From an uncultured Verrucomicrobiae bacterium (GTDB lineage Bacteria; Verrucomicrobiota; Verrucomicrobiia; Limisphaerales; Palsa-1400), in contig CAVPOM010000018.1 of the NCBI GenBank assembly GCA_963707025.1, positions 128,001 through 192,000 of the forward strand: a stretch of DNA of 64,000 nt, in the 5' to 3' direction. Positions 18,735 to 28,956 of this stretch are shown here, in pieces. Each line of letters begins with the position of its first letter. The first letter of the stretch is position 1. Both the position numbers and the translations under genes were made by a program. The notes under the pieces are model-generated. The model ran no database searches. It was not told where the DNA came from and worked only from the letters and a program-made list of their open reading frames with translations.

Positions 18735-20804
18735 CTAACGCATGAGTTCCTGCGCGGCCTCGACAATTTTGGCGCTGGTCAGGCCGTGCTTTTTGTAAAG
18801 GTCCGCCGCTTTGTAGGCCGACTGTCCGAATTCACCGCGAATGGCCAGAGTTTTCATCTGGTGATGGATGCCCGCCTGGGCCAACTGGTGCGCCACCTGC
18901 GCGCTCATCCCGCAAATCGCCTGATGGTCTTCGATGGTGACGACCCGCCCGGAACATTGCCGCACGGCCGGGCCGATGGTCTCCAGGTCCACGTGGTTGA
19001 CAAACGGATTGTTGATGACGGTGGCGGCAATTTTTTGTTCCTGCAGCAGGCGGCCGGCTTGCAGCGCCTGCCCCAGCAGCGGGCCGCAGGCGATGATGGC
19101 CACGTCTCCGCCCCCGGCCAGGATTTGCGCCCTGCCCCATTCATAACGGGCCTGTTCGGCCAGGTGAACGGGATAATTCTCGCGGCCGACAAAAAAGATG
19201 ACCGATTCGCCGTCGCCGCCCTGTTCGCGGGCCTGGGCGATGCGTTTGATGGCCTGGTAGATGAGCGCCTCCGCTTCGTCGGAGCAGGAACAGGCGATGA
19301 CGACGGTGTGCGGAATGGCGGAGGTGGCGGCGAAATAAGTGGTGGCCTCATGGGAGGCGCCGTCGGCCGCGTCCTGAAAACCGACATGGGAGAAGATGGC
19401 GATGAGCGGGGCCTGGGAGAGGGCGGACATGGTCAAAGGCAGGTTGCCCTTGGTCACGCCGAACTGGCCGAAGGTGTCCACGATGGGAATCAGCCCGGCT
19501 TTGGCCAGACCGGCTCCGGCGCTGACCATGTTCGCCTCGGCCACGCCCAGGTCCACAAAGCGGTCGGGAAAGGTCTTCTGGAAAAAGGAAATACCGGTCG
19601 AGCCGGCCAGGTCGGCGGAAAGGGAAAAAACGGGCAGGCCCTCCTGGGCGGCGCGCACCGCGCCTTTGGCCAGGCCGGCCTGGATTTTTTCGGCCTTGAC
19701 GGAGGGCGCGGCGGGAGGGGCGGCGGCGGCCTGGGCTTTTTTGGCGGCGTCCTTTTTCTCCCAGTCGGCGCGGAGGGCTTGGGACCAGGCGGCCAGTTCG
19801 GCGGGAACCTCCCCGCCAAAGTAAATCTCGTTGACAAACTCGGCAATTTTCTCGCCGCCGGCCAGGGGAAAACCGTGTCCGCCGGAGGAGCTTTCCATGG
19901 TGGACTTGACGCCGAAGCCCTTGATGGTTTTGACCCAGAGGCAAACCGGGGCGAGGGGATTGGCCCGGGCCTGTTGCAGGCCGCGCTCGACCGCCAGATA
20001 GACGGAGGAGAGCTCGTTGCCGTTGGGCACCTGGATGACATTCCAGCCCAAAACGCTCATGGCGGCGAAGGTCGGCTGCATGCTGAAGGAGTCCTTGGTG
20101 ATGCGGCCGGAGAGTTTGGTGTCGTTGTCGGAAATGACCAGGAGGAAAGGATTCAGCAGGCCCCTGGCCGCCAGGCCGGGAATGGCGGCGAAGGCCTCCT
20201 TGGCTTCGCCCTCCATGGACGCGCCGTCGGAAACGGTGCAGACGGTGAGGCGGTCATTTTTGAGCACATGGTCGGCCAGGGCCAGCCCCTGGGCTTGGGG
20301 AAGGGCCGAGCTGAGCGGGCCGTTGCTCAGGAGCACCCCTTGCGGGTTGAGGTGGGATTCGCCGTGGCCGGTCAGTTTGCTCTGGAGGCTGCGAAAGCCC
20401 TTCAAATCCTCGAAGGTCATGCCGTCAAAGCCATAGTTGGCGCGCAAGGCATAAATGCCGTTCTCCGTGTGGCCGGCGTCGTTGACGAAATTGTAGGCGG
20501 CGTGCCAGGGCCGGCCCTGCACGGCAAACAGGAAGCCGTGAATGGCCGACATGATCTCGGCGAAGGCGGCGGGGCCGCCCCAATGACTGGCGGCGCCACC
20601 GTTGACGGCATGAACGTCCATGAGGGCGACCAGGGCGCGCGTGGCGCGGGGATCGCCCAGCAACACCTCCCCGCCGGCGGCGTTTCTGACCCGGACGGAA
20701 TAGCGGGGCGGAGAGGCCGGAGCGGGAGCCAGTTTGGATTTGAGCTTGAGCGCCGCCAGGGGGGGCGCTGCCACCTTTTGCACTACAGATTTATCTTCGG
20801 ACAT
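18735..20804 (-). CDS. Transketolase-family TPP enzyme, single chain
   Basis: ASHWGG, LTGHGE, TPP-binding SDGASMEG...SDN, DLGVAEANM, ADGASH and VVTIEDH motifs. Confidence 0.85.
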   Translation of the reverse strand: MSEDKSVVQKVAAPPLAALKLKSKLAPAPASPPRYSVRVRNAAGGEVLLGDPRATRALVALMDVHAVNGGAASHWGGPAAFAEIMSAIHGFLFAVQGRPWHAAYNFVNDAGHTENGIYALRANYGFDGMTFEDLKGFRSLQSKLTGHGESHLNPQGVLLSNGPLSSALPQAQGLALADHVLKNDRLTVCTVSDGASMEGEAKEAFAAIPGLAARGLLNPFLLVISDNDTKLSGRITKDSFSMQPTFAAMSVLGWNVIQVPNGNELSSVYLAVERGLQQARANPLAPVCLWVKTIKGFGVKSTMESSSGGHGFPLAGGEKIAEFVNEIYFGGEVPAELAAWSQALRADWEKKDAAKKAQAAAAPPAAPSVKAEKIQAGLAKGAVRAAQEGLPVFSLSADLAGSTGISFFQKTFPDRFVDLGVAEANMVSAGAGLAKAGLIPIVDTFGQFGVTKGNLPLTMSALSQAPLIAIFSHVGFQDAADGASHEATTYFAATSAIPHTVVIACSCSDEAEALIYQAIKRIAQAREQGGDGESVIFFVGRENYPVHLAEQARYEWGRAQILAGGGDVAIIACGPLLGQALQAGRLLQEQKIAATVINNPFVNHVDLETIGPAVRQCSGRVVTIEDHQAICGMSAQVAHQLAQAGIHHQMKTLAIRGEFGQSAYKAADLYKKHGLTSAKIVEAAQELMR

Positions 20805-20860
20805 AATGAGTTTGGGTGGGGAAAATGGGGGCGGGCCGGCCGCGGCGGAAGGCGGGCGGG

Positions 20861-21235
20861 TCAGCCGCCGGTTTTTTGCAGGACCGCCTGGATTGCGTCC
20901 ATTAATTGATGCGTTTCAAAGGGTTTCCAGAGCATGACGCCGTTGACCTTGCGAATAAAATCCTCGATGTCGCGGTTGCCTTTATAGCCGGTGATAAAAA
21001 TGAAGCGCTGGCAAAGGCGCGGTTTGGTGCGTTCGACGGCGCGATAAAACATGTCGCCCGGCAAATTGGGCATCATCATGTCGCAGATGATGGCGGAGAA
21101 ATCCCGGGCGATGATTTGTTTCAAGCCGTCCACGCCGTTGGTGACCGAGACCAATTTGTAACCGTTGCAGGCGAAAAAGGGCGTCAGTTCCTCCGTCAGG
21201 GCCGTTTCATCCTCCAGCATCAGAATGGACTTCAT
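20861..21235 (-). CDS. Single-domain response regulator
   Basis: ILMLEDE, IICDMMMP, FITG and KPF motifs; start ATG at 21235. Confidence 0.9.
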   Translation of the reverse strand: MKSILMLEDETALTEELTPFFACNGYKLVSVTNGVDGLKQIIARDFSAIICDMMMPNLPGDMFYRAVERTKPRLCQRFIFITGYKGNRDIEDFIRKVNGVMLWKPFETHQLMDAIQAVLQKTGG

Positions 21236-21304
21236 CAGGCCGGTTTTGTCCGGCGCGCTGGCGGCTTTCTGCGGCGCTGCTGAATAGATTTTCACAATAA
21301 AACT

Positions 21305-21381
21305 TGGTGCGCGCGGCGGGAGTTGAACCCACAACCTGCGGCTTCGGAGGCCGTCACTCTATCCAATTGAGCTACGCGCGC
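21305..21381 (-). tRNA. tRNA-Arg (anticodon CCG)
   Basis: Minus strand GCGCGCGTAGCTCAATTGGATAGAGTGACGGCCTCCGAAGCCGCAGGTTGTGGGTTCAACTCCCGCCGCGCGCACCA folds as a cloverleaf with encoded CCA. Confidence 0.96.
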
Positions 21382-21490
21382 TGCTGCCCGGGCCTGCCGC
21401 GGCTCGACCAGATCATGGTCGCGGGCCAGGGCCATTCCGGTGCGGCACTGCTCGCAGCAATATGTCCTTTCTTGTCCCGCACGGCAAGAA

Positions 21491-22582
21491 TTAATCCGCC
21501 GTCAGGGCCTTGAGCAAACTATTCAGTTGCTCATCGCTGTGCTGGCTGGAGATGGCGAAGCGAAAATAACCGCCCTCGGGAGCGCCGGGATACTGGATGA
21601 AGGATGGGAAAATCTTGCGCGCCAGCAGGCGTGCGCGCAGCGCGCCGGCTTCCTCCGCGGTGGCAGGATGGAAGGCGATGATCGGCGTTGGGGCGGAGGC
21701 CAGGGGAAAGCCCTGCTCGCGCAGAGCGGTTTTAACGAGCTGGATGTTTCGCTCCAGGCGCTGGCGCAGGCGGGGATCGTTGCGCACCATGTCCAGCGTC
21801 GTGAGCACGGCGGCGGCCAGCGGCAGGGGCAAGGGGGTGCTCCCTGCAAACATGCGGCTGTGCCGCACGATTTTTTCCCGCAGGGGCGGCGCGCCCAAAA
21901 TCGCCCCGCCGTAAACGCCGAAGGCCTTGCTCAGGGAGATGGTCTGGATAATGCGCGCGCGCGAAACGCCGGCGTATTCGGGCGTCCCCCGGCCTTTTTC
22001 GCCCAAAATGCCCGCGCCGTGGGCGTCATCCACCAGGATCAGGCCGCGCGGGGAGAGGATTTGCAAATAGTGGGCCAGGGGCGCGACTTCGCCGCTGTGG
22101 GCGAAAAGGCCGTCGGTCAGGACAATCGGTTTGTCCTGGGCGCCGCCGCGGGCCAGGAGGCGGGCCAGGCCGATGGGATCGCGGTGTGGGAAGGACTGGA
22201 CCCGGCAGCCAAACAGACGGCCGGCATCGTGCAAACTGGGGTGGGCTTTTTCATCTATGAGCACGCGGGAAAAACCGCCTTGCAGCGCCTGGGCGGCAAT
22301 GGCGGCGGCGGCGTAGCCGCTGGAAACCAGAGTCGCCGAGGGCGTGTCAAAGAAAACCGCCAGCGCGGCCTCCAATTGCTCGTAAATCGGGTGATTGCCG
22401 GTCGTCAGGCGGGAGGCGGCCACGTTCAAGCCATATTTTCTCAAGGCCTTCCGCAACGCGAACATGACCCGTCTATGGCTGGAGAGGCGGAAATAATCGC
22501 AGCCTCCGAAATAAGACCAGGGGCGGTTCTTCCAGCGGATGAAGGTGCGGTTGAATTGTTGCAATGGGTCGGGAAAGGCCAT
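21491..22582 (-). CDS. bioF: 8-amino-7-oxononanoate synthase-like class II PLP enzyme
   Basis: ASRLTTGN, HPSL.DA, VDDAHGAG and SLSKAFG (PLP lysine) motifs. Specific substrate not certain. Confidence 0.7.
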   Translation of the reverse strand: MAFPDPLQQFNRTFIRWKNRPWSYFGGCDYFRLSSHRRVMFALRKALRKYGLNVAASRLTTGNHPIYEQLEAALAVFFDTPSATLVSSGYAAAAIAAQALQGGFSRVLIDEKAHPSLHDAGRLFGCRVQSFPHRDPIGLARLLARGGAQDKPIVLTDGLFAHSGEVAPLAHYLQILSPRGLILVDDAHGAGILGEKGRGTPEYAGVSRARIIQTISLSKAFGVYGGAILGAPPLREKIVRHSRMFAGSTPLPLPLAAAVLTTLDMVRNDPRLRQRLERNIQLVKTALREQGFPLASAPTPIIAFHPATAEEAGALRARLLARKIFPSFIQYPGAPEGGYFRFAISSQHSDEQLNSLLKALTAD

Positions 22583-22586
22583 ACGG

Positions 22587-22621
22587 GAGTGAAAAGTGGA
22601 GAGTGGAGAGTGGAGAGTGAA
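22587..22621. repeat. Heptamer tandem repeat (GAGTGGA)x5, degenerate
   Basis: gagtgaa aagtgga gagtgga gagtgga gagtgaa. Confidence 0.8.
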
Positions 22622-22634
22622 GAAAGCGCGCGGG

Positions 22635-23169
22635 CTAGAGTTGGGTGGCAAGGATGGCCAGGCCAGGCGCGGGAGACTTTGACGTCGTCGGCGGAAACGC
22701 CGCCGCTGAAGGCGGCGATCAACTGGCCGATTTTTCCCCGGGCGGTGACTCCGCCCTCCCAGCCGTTTTCACCGGTGAGGGGGGCGCGGACTTTGCTGCC
22801 GCTGTCCTTCAAGGTGTCGGCCATCTCGGCGGCTTTGGCGTAGGCAATGCCGAGCAAATTGCTACCCTTGTCCTTGTCGGTCGTGGGGGTTTTCAGGTTG
22901 CCGACGACGACCATTTTTGAGGACCAGGATTGGACGGTGTCGCCGGGGGCAAAGGCGACCAGGGCGACGCCTTTGATGTTGAGTTCCTGGGCGCGTTTGG
23001 ACATGGCCAGAAGAGCTTTGTCGAAAAGTTCTTCCTGCGAACTGCTCGCGCCTGCGGCGTTGCCGGGGGGAGGCGTTTTATCCTGGGCTGGTGAAATTGG
23101 AGTGCTCATGAGCAGGGCAACGGCTGGCAAGGCCAGCAGTCCTCTCAGGAAGTAATTTTTTGGCATCAT
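22635..23169 (-). CDS. Exported GlcG/HbpS-like protein with a +1 frameshift near the C-terminus (~22665)
   Basis: Signal peptide, IAYAKA, GWEGG, AAFSGG...DD motifs; removing one base restores ..KVSRAGLAILATQL-TAG (22635-22637). Confidence 0.65.
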
Positions 23170-23329
23170 GGCTCGTTTTATGGCGACGGTCAATTGATTA
23201 CCGGTTGATGGCCATAGAAGTGGCTTTTTCGTTGGCCGGTGTCACGCAAATTTTTCGGACGGCGGGGCGGGTTCAGGGATTGCGAGCGGCCTTCCTGCCA
23301 TGGAAACCGGAGATGCCGGGGAAAGCGGG

Positions 23330-23365
23330 GATGGGAGGGATGGGAGGACTGGGACCGATGGGACG
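23330..23365. repeat. Nonamer tandem repeat (GATGGGAgg-like)x4
   Basis: gatgggagg gatgggagg actgggacc gatgggacg upstream of leuC. Confidence 0.6.
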
Positions 23366-23451
23366 AAAAGTTCCCACGCAGGCGATTAGGGCGGTCTGGC
23401 AATGTTCGGGGTTGCGGGCGCGGGCGGCGGAGGGTAGGCTGGGGTTAATTT

Positions 23452-24822
23452 ATGACGCTGACTGAAAAAATCCTGGCCCGCGCGGCGGGAAAAAAATCGG
23501 TGGAAGCCGGGGAGAATGTCTGGGTGCGAGCGGACATTCTCATGACGCATGATGTGTGCGGGCCGGGGACGATTGGGGTTTTTCAACGGGAGTTTGGGGC
23601 GAAAGCAAAGGTGTGGGACCGGCAGAAGGTGGTCATTATCCCGGATCATTATATTTTCACGGCGGATTCGCTGTCGAACCGGAACGTGGATATTTTGCGG
23701 CAGTTCGCGCGGGAACAGGATTTGCCCTATTTTTACGACGTGGTTGAGGAGGGACAGGGGTCCTGGAAGTTTGATCCGGCCAAAGGAATGTTGCAACGGC
23801 AGTATGGAGCCAGTTACGCGGGGGTGTGTCATACGGCGCTGCCGCAGAAGGGGCATACCCGGCCGGGGGAGATTCTTTTTGGGACCGATTCGCATACCTG
23901 CATGGCGGGGGCGTTCAATGAGTTTGCCACGGGCATTGGGAACACGGACGCGGGATTTGTGATGGGGACGGGCAAGCTGTTGTTGAAGGCGCCGGAGACG
24001 ATGCATTTCCGGCTGGAGGGACGGCTGCAACGGGGCGTGATGGCCAAGGACATCATTTTGCATTGCATCGGGCAGATTGGGTTTGACGGGGCGACTTACC
24101 GGGCCATGCAGTTCGACGGAGAGGGAGCCAGGGGCCTGACCATGGACGACCGGATGACGGTGGCGAACATGGCGATTGAGGCGGGAGGGAAGAACGGGAT
24201 TTTTGAGTTTGATGATCAAACCAAGGCGGCGGTGGATAGGCGTTGCCGGCTCAACGGGACCAAGGCGGCTTATGAACCGGTGGAACGGGATGGGGGCGAG
24301 AAGTTTGTCTATGAGATGGTGGTGGACTTGGCCAAGTTGGAGCCGACGGTGGCCTGTCATCCGGACCCTGGAAAACGGCGGCTGGCCAAGGAATTGGGGG
24401 GGATCGAGCTGGACCGGGCTTATGTGGGGTCATGCACGGGCGGAAAGACGAGCGACTTTCTGGAGTTTGCGCGGGTGGTGAGGGGCAGGCGGGTGGTGAT
24501 TGACACCTTCGGGGTGCCGGCCACGCCGGAGATCGTGCAGGATTTGCAGACGGCGCGGTGGGAGGACAAGACGGTGTGGCAAATCCTGGTTGACGCCGGG
24601 GTGCAGATGACGGAGAACGCCGGATGCGCGGCCTGCCTGGGCGGGCCGGTGGACACGTTCGGGCGGATGAACTCGCCGCTGAAATGCATCAGCGCGACGA
24701 ACCGGAATTTCCCGGGGCGGATGGGTCACAAGGAGTCGCAGGTTTTTCTGGCGTCGCCGGTGACCGTGGCGGCGAGCGCGTTGACCGGGCACATCACCGA
24801 CCCGCGCGAGTATATGGGGTAA
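23452..24822 (+). CDS. leuC: 3-isopropylmalate dehydratase large subunit (aconitase family)
   Basis: MTLTEKIL, GTDSHT, GSCTGG, CAACLG and TNRNFPGRMG motifs. Confidence 0.88.
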   Translation: MTLTEKILARAAGKKSVEAGENVWVRADILMTHDVCGPGTIGVFQREFGAKAKVWDRQKVVIIPDHYIFTADSLSNRNVDILRQFAREQDLPYFYDVVEEGQGSWKFDPAKGMLQRQYGASYAGVCHTALPQKGHTRPGEILFGTDSHTCMAGAFNEFATGIGNTDAGFVMGTGKLLLKAPETMHFRLEGRLQRGVMAKDIILHCIGQIGFDGATYRAMQFDGEGARGLTMDDRMTVANMAIEAGGKNGIFEFDDQTKAAVDRRCRLNGTKAAYEPVERDGGEKFVYEMVVDLAKLEPTVACHPDPGKRRLAKELGGIELDRAYVGSCTGGKTSDFLEFARVVRGRRVVIDTFGVPATPEIVQDLQTARWEDKTVWQILVDAGVQMTENAGCAACLGGPVDTFGRMNSPLKCISATNRNFPGRMGHKESQVFLASPVTVAASALTGHITDPREYMG

Positions 24823-24987
24823 GTGAAGTTCTCCATAGGCCTCTGCCTCACAGGAATAGAGGGCACAGGGCGCAAGGGCCAGGCCGGCCGGGCGGTAAAA
24901 AAGGGTGGAAAACGGCTTGAAATGGCCTGAAATGGGGGTTTTGGCAAAAATGAACAAAAAAAGGCCAAAAAAAGGGTCGAAAATCTG

Positions 24988-25015
24988 TTGACATTCTACC
25001 GGCAGGGGGTAATCT
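24988..25015 (+). promoter_or_regulatory. Putative sigma70 promoter for the FecR gene
   Basis: TTGACA-16 nt-TAATCT preceded by an A-rich tract. Confidence 0.5.
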
Positions 25016-25048
25016 CGCACTGTTACAACATTCTAATCCAGAACTGTT

Positions 25049-25849
25049 ATGAAACGAACTAAATCCATTTTAATCTGCGGCTTGGTGTTGGCGCTGACTG
25101 GCTTGACCACTTTGCTCGTGGCGGCGAGCGGCAACAGGGACGCAAAAGCAATCGTCCGCTCCGTCCACGGCTACGTGACCTACCAGGCGCCGGAGGGGGG
25201 GCCCTATCTGCCTCTGAAGGTCAACATGGAATTGGTCCCGCGCACCGTTGTGAAATCCGGCGATGGCGCCGAGGCGTTCCTCCAAGTCAACGGGTCCACT
25301 TCCATGGTAAAGGTGGCGGAAAGAACCACCTTGGTGCTGAGGAAAATGGAGGACTTGGGGGCGGGCGACACTTCCACGGACTTGAAACTGGACGGCGGCT
25401 CGGTTTTGGCCAAAGTAAAGAAGCTCTCCGCCAATTCCGATTATAGAGTGACGGTGCTCAACGGCGTGGCCGGTATTCGGGGCACGGATTACCAGGTGAC
25501 GGCGACTTTTGAGGGGAACGGATCTTGGACGATTGTATTCACCAGCGTGACAGGCCCGATCACTTGCTCCGTAAATCTTCCGGCGGGTCAAAATGGCCAG
25601 GATACACGGACACTGATAGATGGCGAATCATGGACGGTAACGGCAGATGCGCAGGGCCAAACGCTGGTCATTAACCCGCCTGTGACACTGCCTCCGGTGG
25701 TGTATGCCGCGATACTTAAGGCCTTCGAAGGTTTTCCCGCTCCACCCCCACCGTCCCCCCCGACGCCTCCGCTGGTGGGCCCTTACATACCGCCCAACGA
25801 ATCTCCCTCCGAGACTGGTGGCAATGTGCCGCCCCCGCCTATTGATTAA
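25049..25849 (+). CDS. Exported FecR-domain protein
   Basis: Signal peptide, T.LKLDGG, VAGIRGTDY motif and a Pro-rich tail. Confidence 0.82.
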   Translation: MKRTKSILICGLVLALTGLTTLLVAASGNRDAKAIVRSVHGYVTYQAPEGGPYLPLKVNMELVPRTVVKSGDGAEAFLQVNGSTSMVKVAERTTLVLRKMEDLGAGDTSTDLKLDGGSVLAKVKKLSANSDYRVTVLNGVAGIRGTDYQVTATFEGNGSWTIVFTSVTGPITCSVNLPAGQNGQDTRTLIDGESWTVTADAQGQTLVINPPVTLPPVVYAAILKAFEGFPAPPPPSPPTPPLVGPYIPPNESPSETGGNVPPPPID

Positions 25850-25869
25850 TAGGCTGAGTTGACGGAAGT

Positions 25870-28842
25870 TTGGATTTTTGGCCCGGAGCAGCCTTGCGTT
25901 GCTCCGGGTCTTTTGTTTTAAATGGGGATGTGCGGCTGCGCTTTCCAAAGATCCCGACTTTGCCCAAACTGGCGGACTTGCCCAAACTTCCTTCCGATCT
26001 GCTCAGTTACAAGGAATGGGATGCAATGCTGAGGGATTGGGAAAGGCTGCTGCCGGGCGGAGGGTCGCCGCAGCAGAGGAAACTGCCGATGGTGCTCATT
26101 ACGGCAGCGGTGGTGACGGTGGTTTGCCTGCTCCAGATCGGCCAGATGGCCGCCTTGCAGAAAGTGGAGGACATGACTTATGACTGGCGGGTCAAGCTGG
26201 CGGGCCGCCTGGCCGGCCCCCATCCCAATGCGGCGACCAATCTGGGCCTGGTGGAAATCACCGATGACACGGTGGACATCGTCAGTGGCGGAACGCTGGG
26301 ATACAGTTCGGGATTGTTGTGGCCGCGCAGCGTTTACGCCAGGGCCTTGCAGGAACTTTCCCTGCAAGGGGCCGGGATGGCGGGGTTTGACGTTGATTTT
26401 AGTTTAAGGCGGCCGGGCGATCCGCCGGTGATCATGGACGGGCGGACAATCGGATCGGACGAATTCTTCGCCGAGACGCTGAAAAGAGCGGGCAACGCCA
26501 TCCTGGCCATGGCGCACAATGTGGCCCCGGCGCAGCTTTTCCAGCAGAGCGCGTCGGACCTGGGCAATATCAATGCCGAACGGGATGAGGACGGGGTATT
26601 GCGACGCGACCGGCCTTATGAAATATACCGGATCTGGGATCCGTTATTTGTCAAACAAATCGCTTTGGAGTGGCATTTGGACCTGGAGGATGTGAAGATC
26701 CAGTTCGACTCCCAGGCGTTCGAGGCGGGGGATATCACCGATTTGCCATCCTTTGCCGCCAAACTGGCCGGCCAGCCCGATGCCGTCTCCAAGTTCTTGA
26801 GGAGGCGGCTGGATAAGGCCACGACCGGGGCGTTGCTGCAATATCAAGGCTCCGGGACGGCGTCGAATGATTTGGCGGGGGGGCTGATCCAGGCGCTGAA
26901 TAAAATCGTGGCCGGCCCCTCCATTTACGAGGATGGCCGTTTTGCGGCAGTGAAGCTGCGCCCGGAAACCCTGCGGCTTTTTGACCGGGATTATGAGGAT
27001 GGCGGAGTGGCCCGGCTCAACCGCTTGCTCCTGGAAGACGCCTATCCGCTGGAATTGGCGAGGAACGAGGCGGCCGCAATCGTTATCGCAACCAAACGGA
27101 AAGACCCGCCCACGGTCACTTATCACCGCGACAAGGACGGCTTTGTGCCCATGTCGGAGATCACAAGCAATGCGCCCGCCAATCAGCCGCTCTTTATCCC
27201 GTTCACCTATACGCGGGTGTGGAGCATGGGAATCGTCCTGGCCGCCAGCGAGTTGAAACTGGACCTGGACAGCCCGGAAATCCAACGCCGGCAGCACCGG
27301 GTGGTTTTGCACGGGGACAAGGGTGTCACCCGGGTGATCCCGTTGGAATCGGACGGCAGCTACTATATAAACTGGGAACTGGGCCGCTCCAACACCCTGA
27401 GCCAGATCACCCGGGTGACAACCAATCATCCGGGTGCAACCAATCAGGTTGTCCTCACCAATCAAATTGTGCTCCGGCCCGGTTTTCAAGCCGGGTCGTT
27501 TGAGGAATTGTTGCTGGAAGCCAAGGCGCGGGCCGAGGGCCAGGCGGTGGACACCGGGCGGTGGAAGAACCGGCTGGTCGTAATCGGCTCGGCCGTGACG
27601 GCGTTCTCCGCGGTGGCGGACCAGGGGAACACGGCGTTGGAAAGCGGGACCAGCCTGGTGCTCAAACATTTGAATGTGGCCAATGCCATGCTGACCAATC
27701 GTTTTGTCACGACCAGTCCGCTGGCGCTGAAATTACTCATGATCCTGGTGATGGGCGTCATTGCCGGGTGGATCACCTCGGCGGTGTCCCGTCCGCTGAC
27801 CGGCACGGCCCTGATGGCCGCGGTGGTGGCGGTTTACGTGGGGCTAGCCTGCTGGCTTTATACCCGGCACCGGTTTTGGCTGCCGGTGATTCTGCCGCTG
27901 GGCTGTTCGGGCCTGGTCACCCACGCCATGGCGCTGACTTACCGGGTGCAGGCCGAGCAGGCGGAGAAGAAGCGGGTGAAGTCGGTTTTTTCCAAGATGC
28001 TGGCGCCGGAGGTGGTGGATGAATTGTTGAAAGCGGCCAAAATTTCCACGGGCGGGGTGCGCCGGGAGATCACGGTTTATTTTGCCGACGTGCGGGGATT
28101 CACGACGCTGACCGACAGAACCCAAACCCAGGCGGTGGAGTACGTCAAGCAACACAAGCTCACCCCGGAACAGGCCGAGGCCTATCACAACCGGGTGGCC
28201 AGGGAAATCCTGGATACGGTGAGCACTTACCTGGGGACCATCGCCGGGGCGATCAAGAAACACCACGGCACGCTGGACAAATACATTGGCGATTGCGCCA
28301 TGGCCTTCTGGGGCGGGCCGCTGCCCAATCCGCGCCATGCCGGCGATGCCGTGCGGTCGGCCATTGACGCGCAGCGGGCCATGCTGGATCTGAACCTGAA
28401 ACGGGACGCCGAGAACAAGAGGATCGCCCGGGATAGCGCGGCCCGCGCCGCGCAGGGATTGCCGCCGGAATCGCCCCTGCCGCTCCTGGCCATGGGCACC
28501 GGGATCAATACGGGGGTGGCGATCATGGGAATGATGGGATCGGATGCCGACGGGCTTAATTACACCGTGTTTGGACGGGAAGTGAACCTGGCCTCCCGGC
28601 TGGAGACCCTGTCGGGTTACGGCAGAATCATCATCTCGCACGCGACCTATCTGGCCTTGCAGCGGGACGACCCCGAGCTGGCGGCGCGGTGCGTGGAACG
28701 GCTGCCGGAGAATCTCAAGGGGTTCCGCGAGGCTGTCAGAAATTACGAAGTGCTCTGGAGGCCGGAGGGCGGGCCGGAGGATCCAACGCAGCAGCAGATG
28801 CCGACGATGTATGGCAGCGGCACAGGCACGTTTTTGCGCTAG
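25870..28842 (+). CDS. CHASE2-domain class III adenylate cyclase; start uncertain
   Basis: YDWRV..WPRS..GFDV (CHASE2), three TM helices, FADVRGFT, LDKYIGD and YTVFGREVNLASRLE. Confidence 0.92.
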   Translation: MDFWPGAALRCSGSFVLNGDVRLRFPKIPTLPKLADLPKLPSDLLSYKEWDAMLRDWERLLPGGGSPQQRKLPMVLITAAVVTVVCLLQIGQMAALQKVEDMTYDWRVKLAGRLAGPHPNAATNLGLVEITDDTVDIVSGGTLGYSSGLLWPRSVYARALQELSLQGAGMAGFDVDFSLRRPGDPPVIMDGRTIGSDEFFAETLKRAGNAILAMAHNVAPAQLFQQSASDLGNINAERDEDGVLRRDRPYEIYRIWDPLFVKQIALEWHLDLEDVKIQFDSQAFEAGDITDLPSFAAKLAGQPDAVSKFLRRRLDKATTGALLQYQGSGTASNDLAGGLIQALNKIVAGPSIYEDGRFAAVKLRPETLRLFDRDYEDGGVARLNRLLLEDAYPLELARNEAAAIVIATKRKDPPTVTYHRDKDGFVPMSEITSNAPANQPLFIPFTYTRVWSMGIVLAASELKLDLDSPEIQRRQHRVVLHGDKGVTRVIPLESDGSYYINWELGRSNTLSQITRVTTNHPGATNQVVLTNQIVLRPGFQAGSFEELLLEAKARAEGQAVDTGRWKNRLVVIGSAVTAFSAVADQGNTALESGTSLVLKHLNVANAMLTNRFVTTSPLALKLLMILVMGVIAGWITSAVSRPLTGTALMAAVVAVYVGLACWLYTRHRFWLPVILPLGCSGLVTHAMALTYRVQAEQAEKKRVKSVFSKMLAPEVVDELLKAAKISTGGVRREITVYFADVRGFTTLTDRTQTQAVEYVKQHKLTPEQAEAYHNRVAREILDTVSTYLGTIAGAIKKHHGTLDKYIGDCAMAFWGGPLPNPRHAGDAVRSAIDAQRAMLDLNLKRDAENKRIARDSAARAAQGLPPESPLPLLAMGTGINTGVAIMGMMGSDADGLNYTVFGREVNLASRLETLSGYGRIIISHATYLALQRDDPELAARCVERLPENLKGFREAVRNYEVLWRPEGGPEDPTQQQMPTMYGSGTGTFLR

Positions 28843-28920
28843 GTTTGGGGAATGGATAAGTGATGGTTTGACGCCTCCCATAATCTCAAAAGGATCAGGC
28901 TCCGAAACGGTTGGCAGCCT

Positions 28921-28948
28921 GTAACATTTTGCGGGTATTGCTTCTGAA
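28921..28948 (+). promoter_or_regulatory. Putative ECF-type promoter for the kinase-sigma operon
   Basis: GTAAC followed about 16 nt later by TTCTGAA, just upstream of the kinase start. Confidence 0.35.
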
Positions 28949-28956
28949 GGGGGTAT

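Noticed and set aside
20861..21334. 157-aa version of the response regulator
   Set aside because: The extension overlaps the tRNA; the receiver domain begins at ATG 21235.
21305..21381. tRNA as an integration site for an island
   Set aside because: No integrase and no duplicated tRNA 3' end were seen; the flanking genes look host-like.
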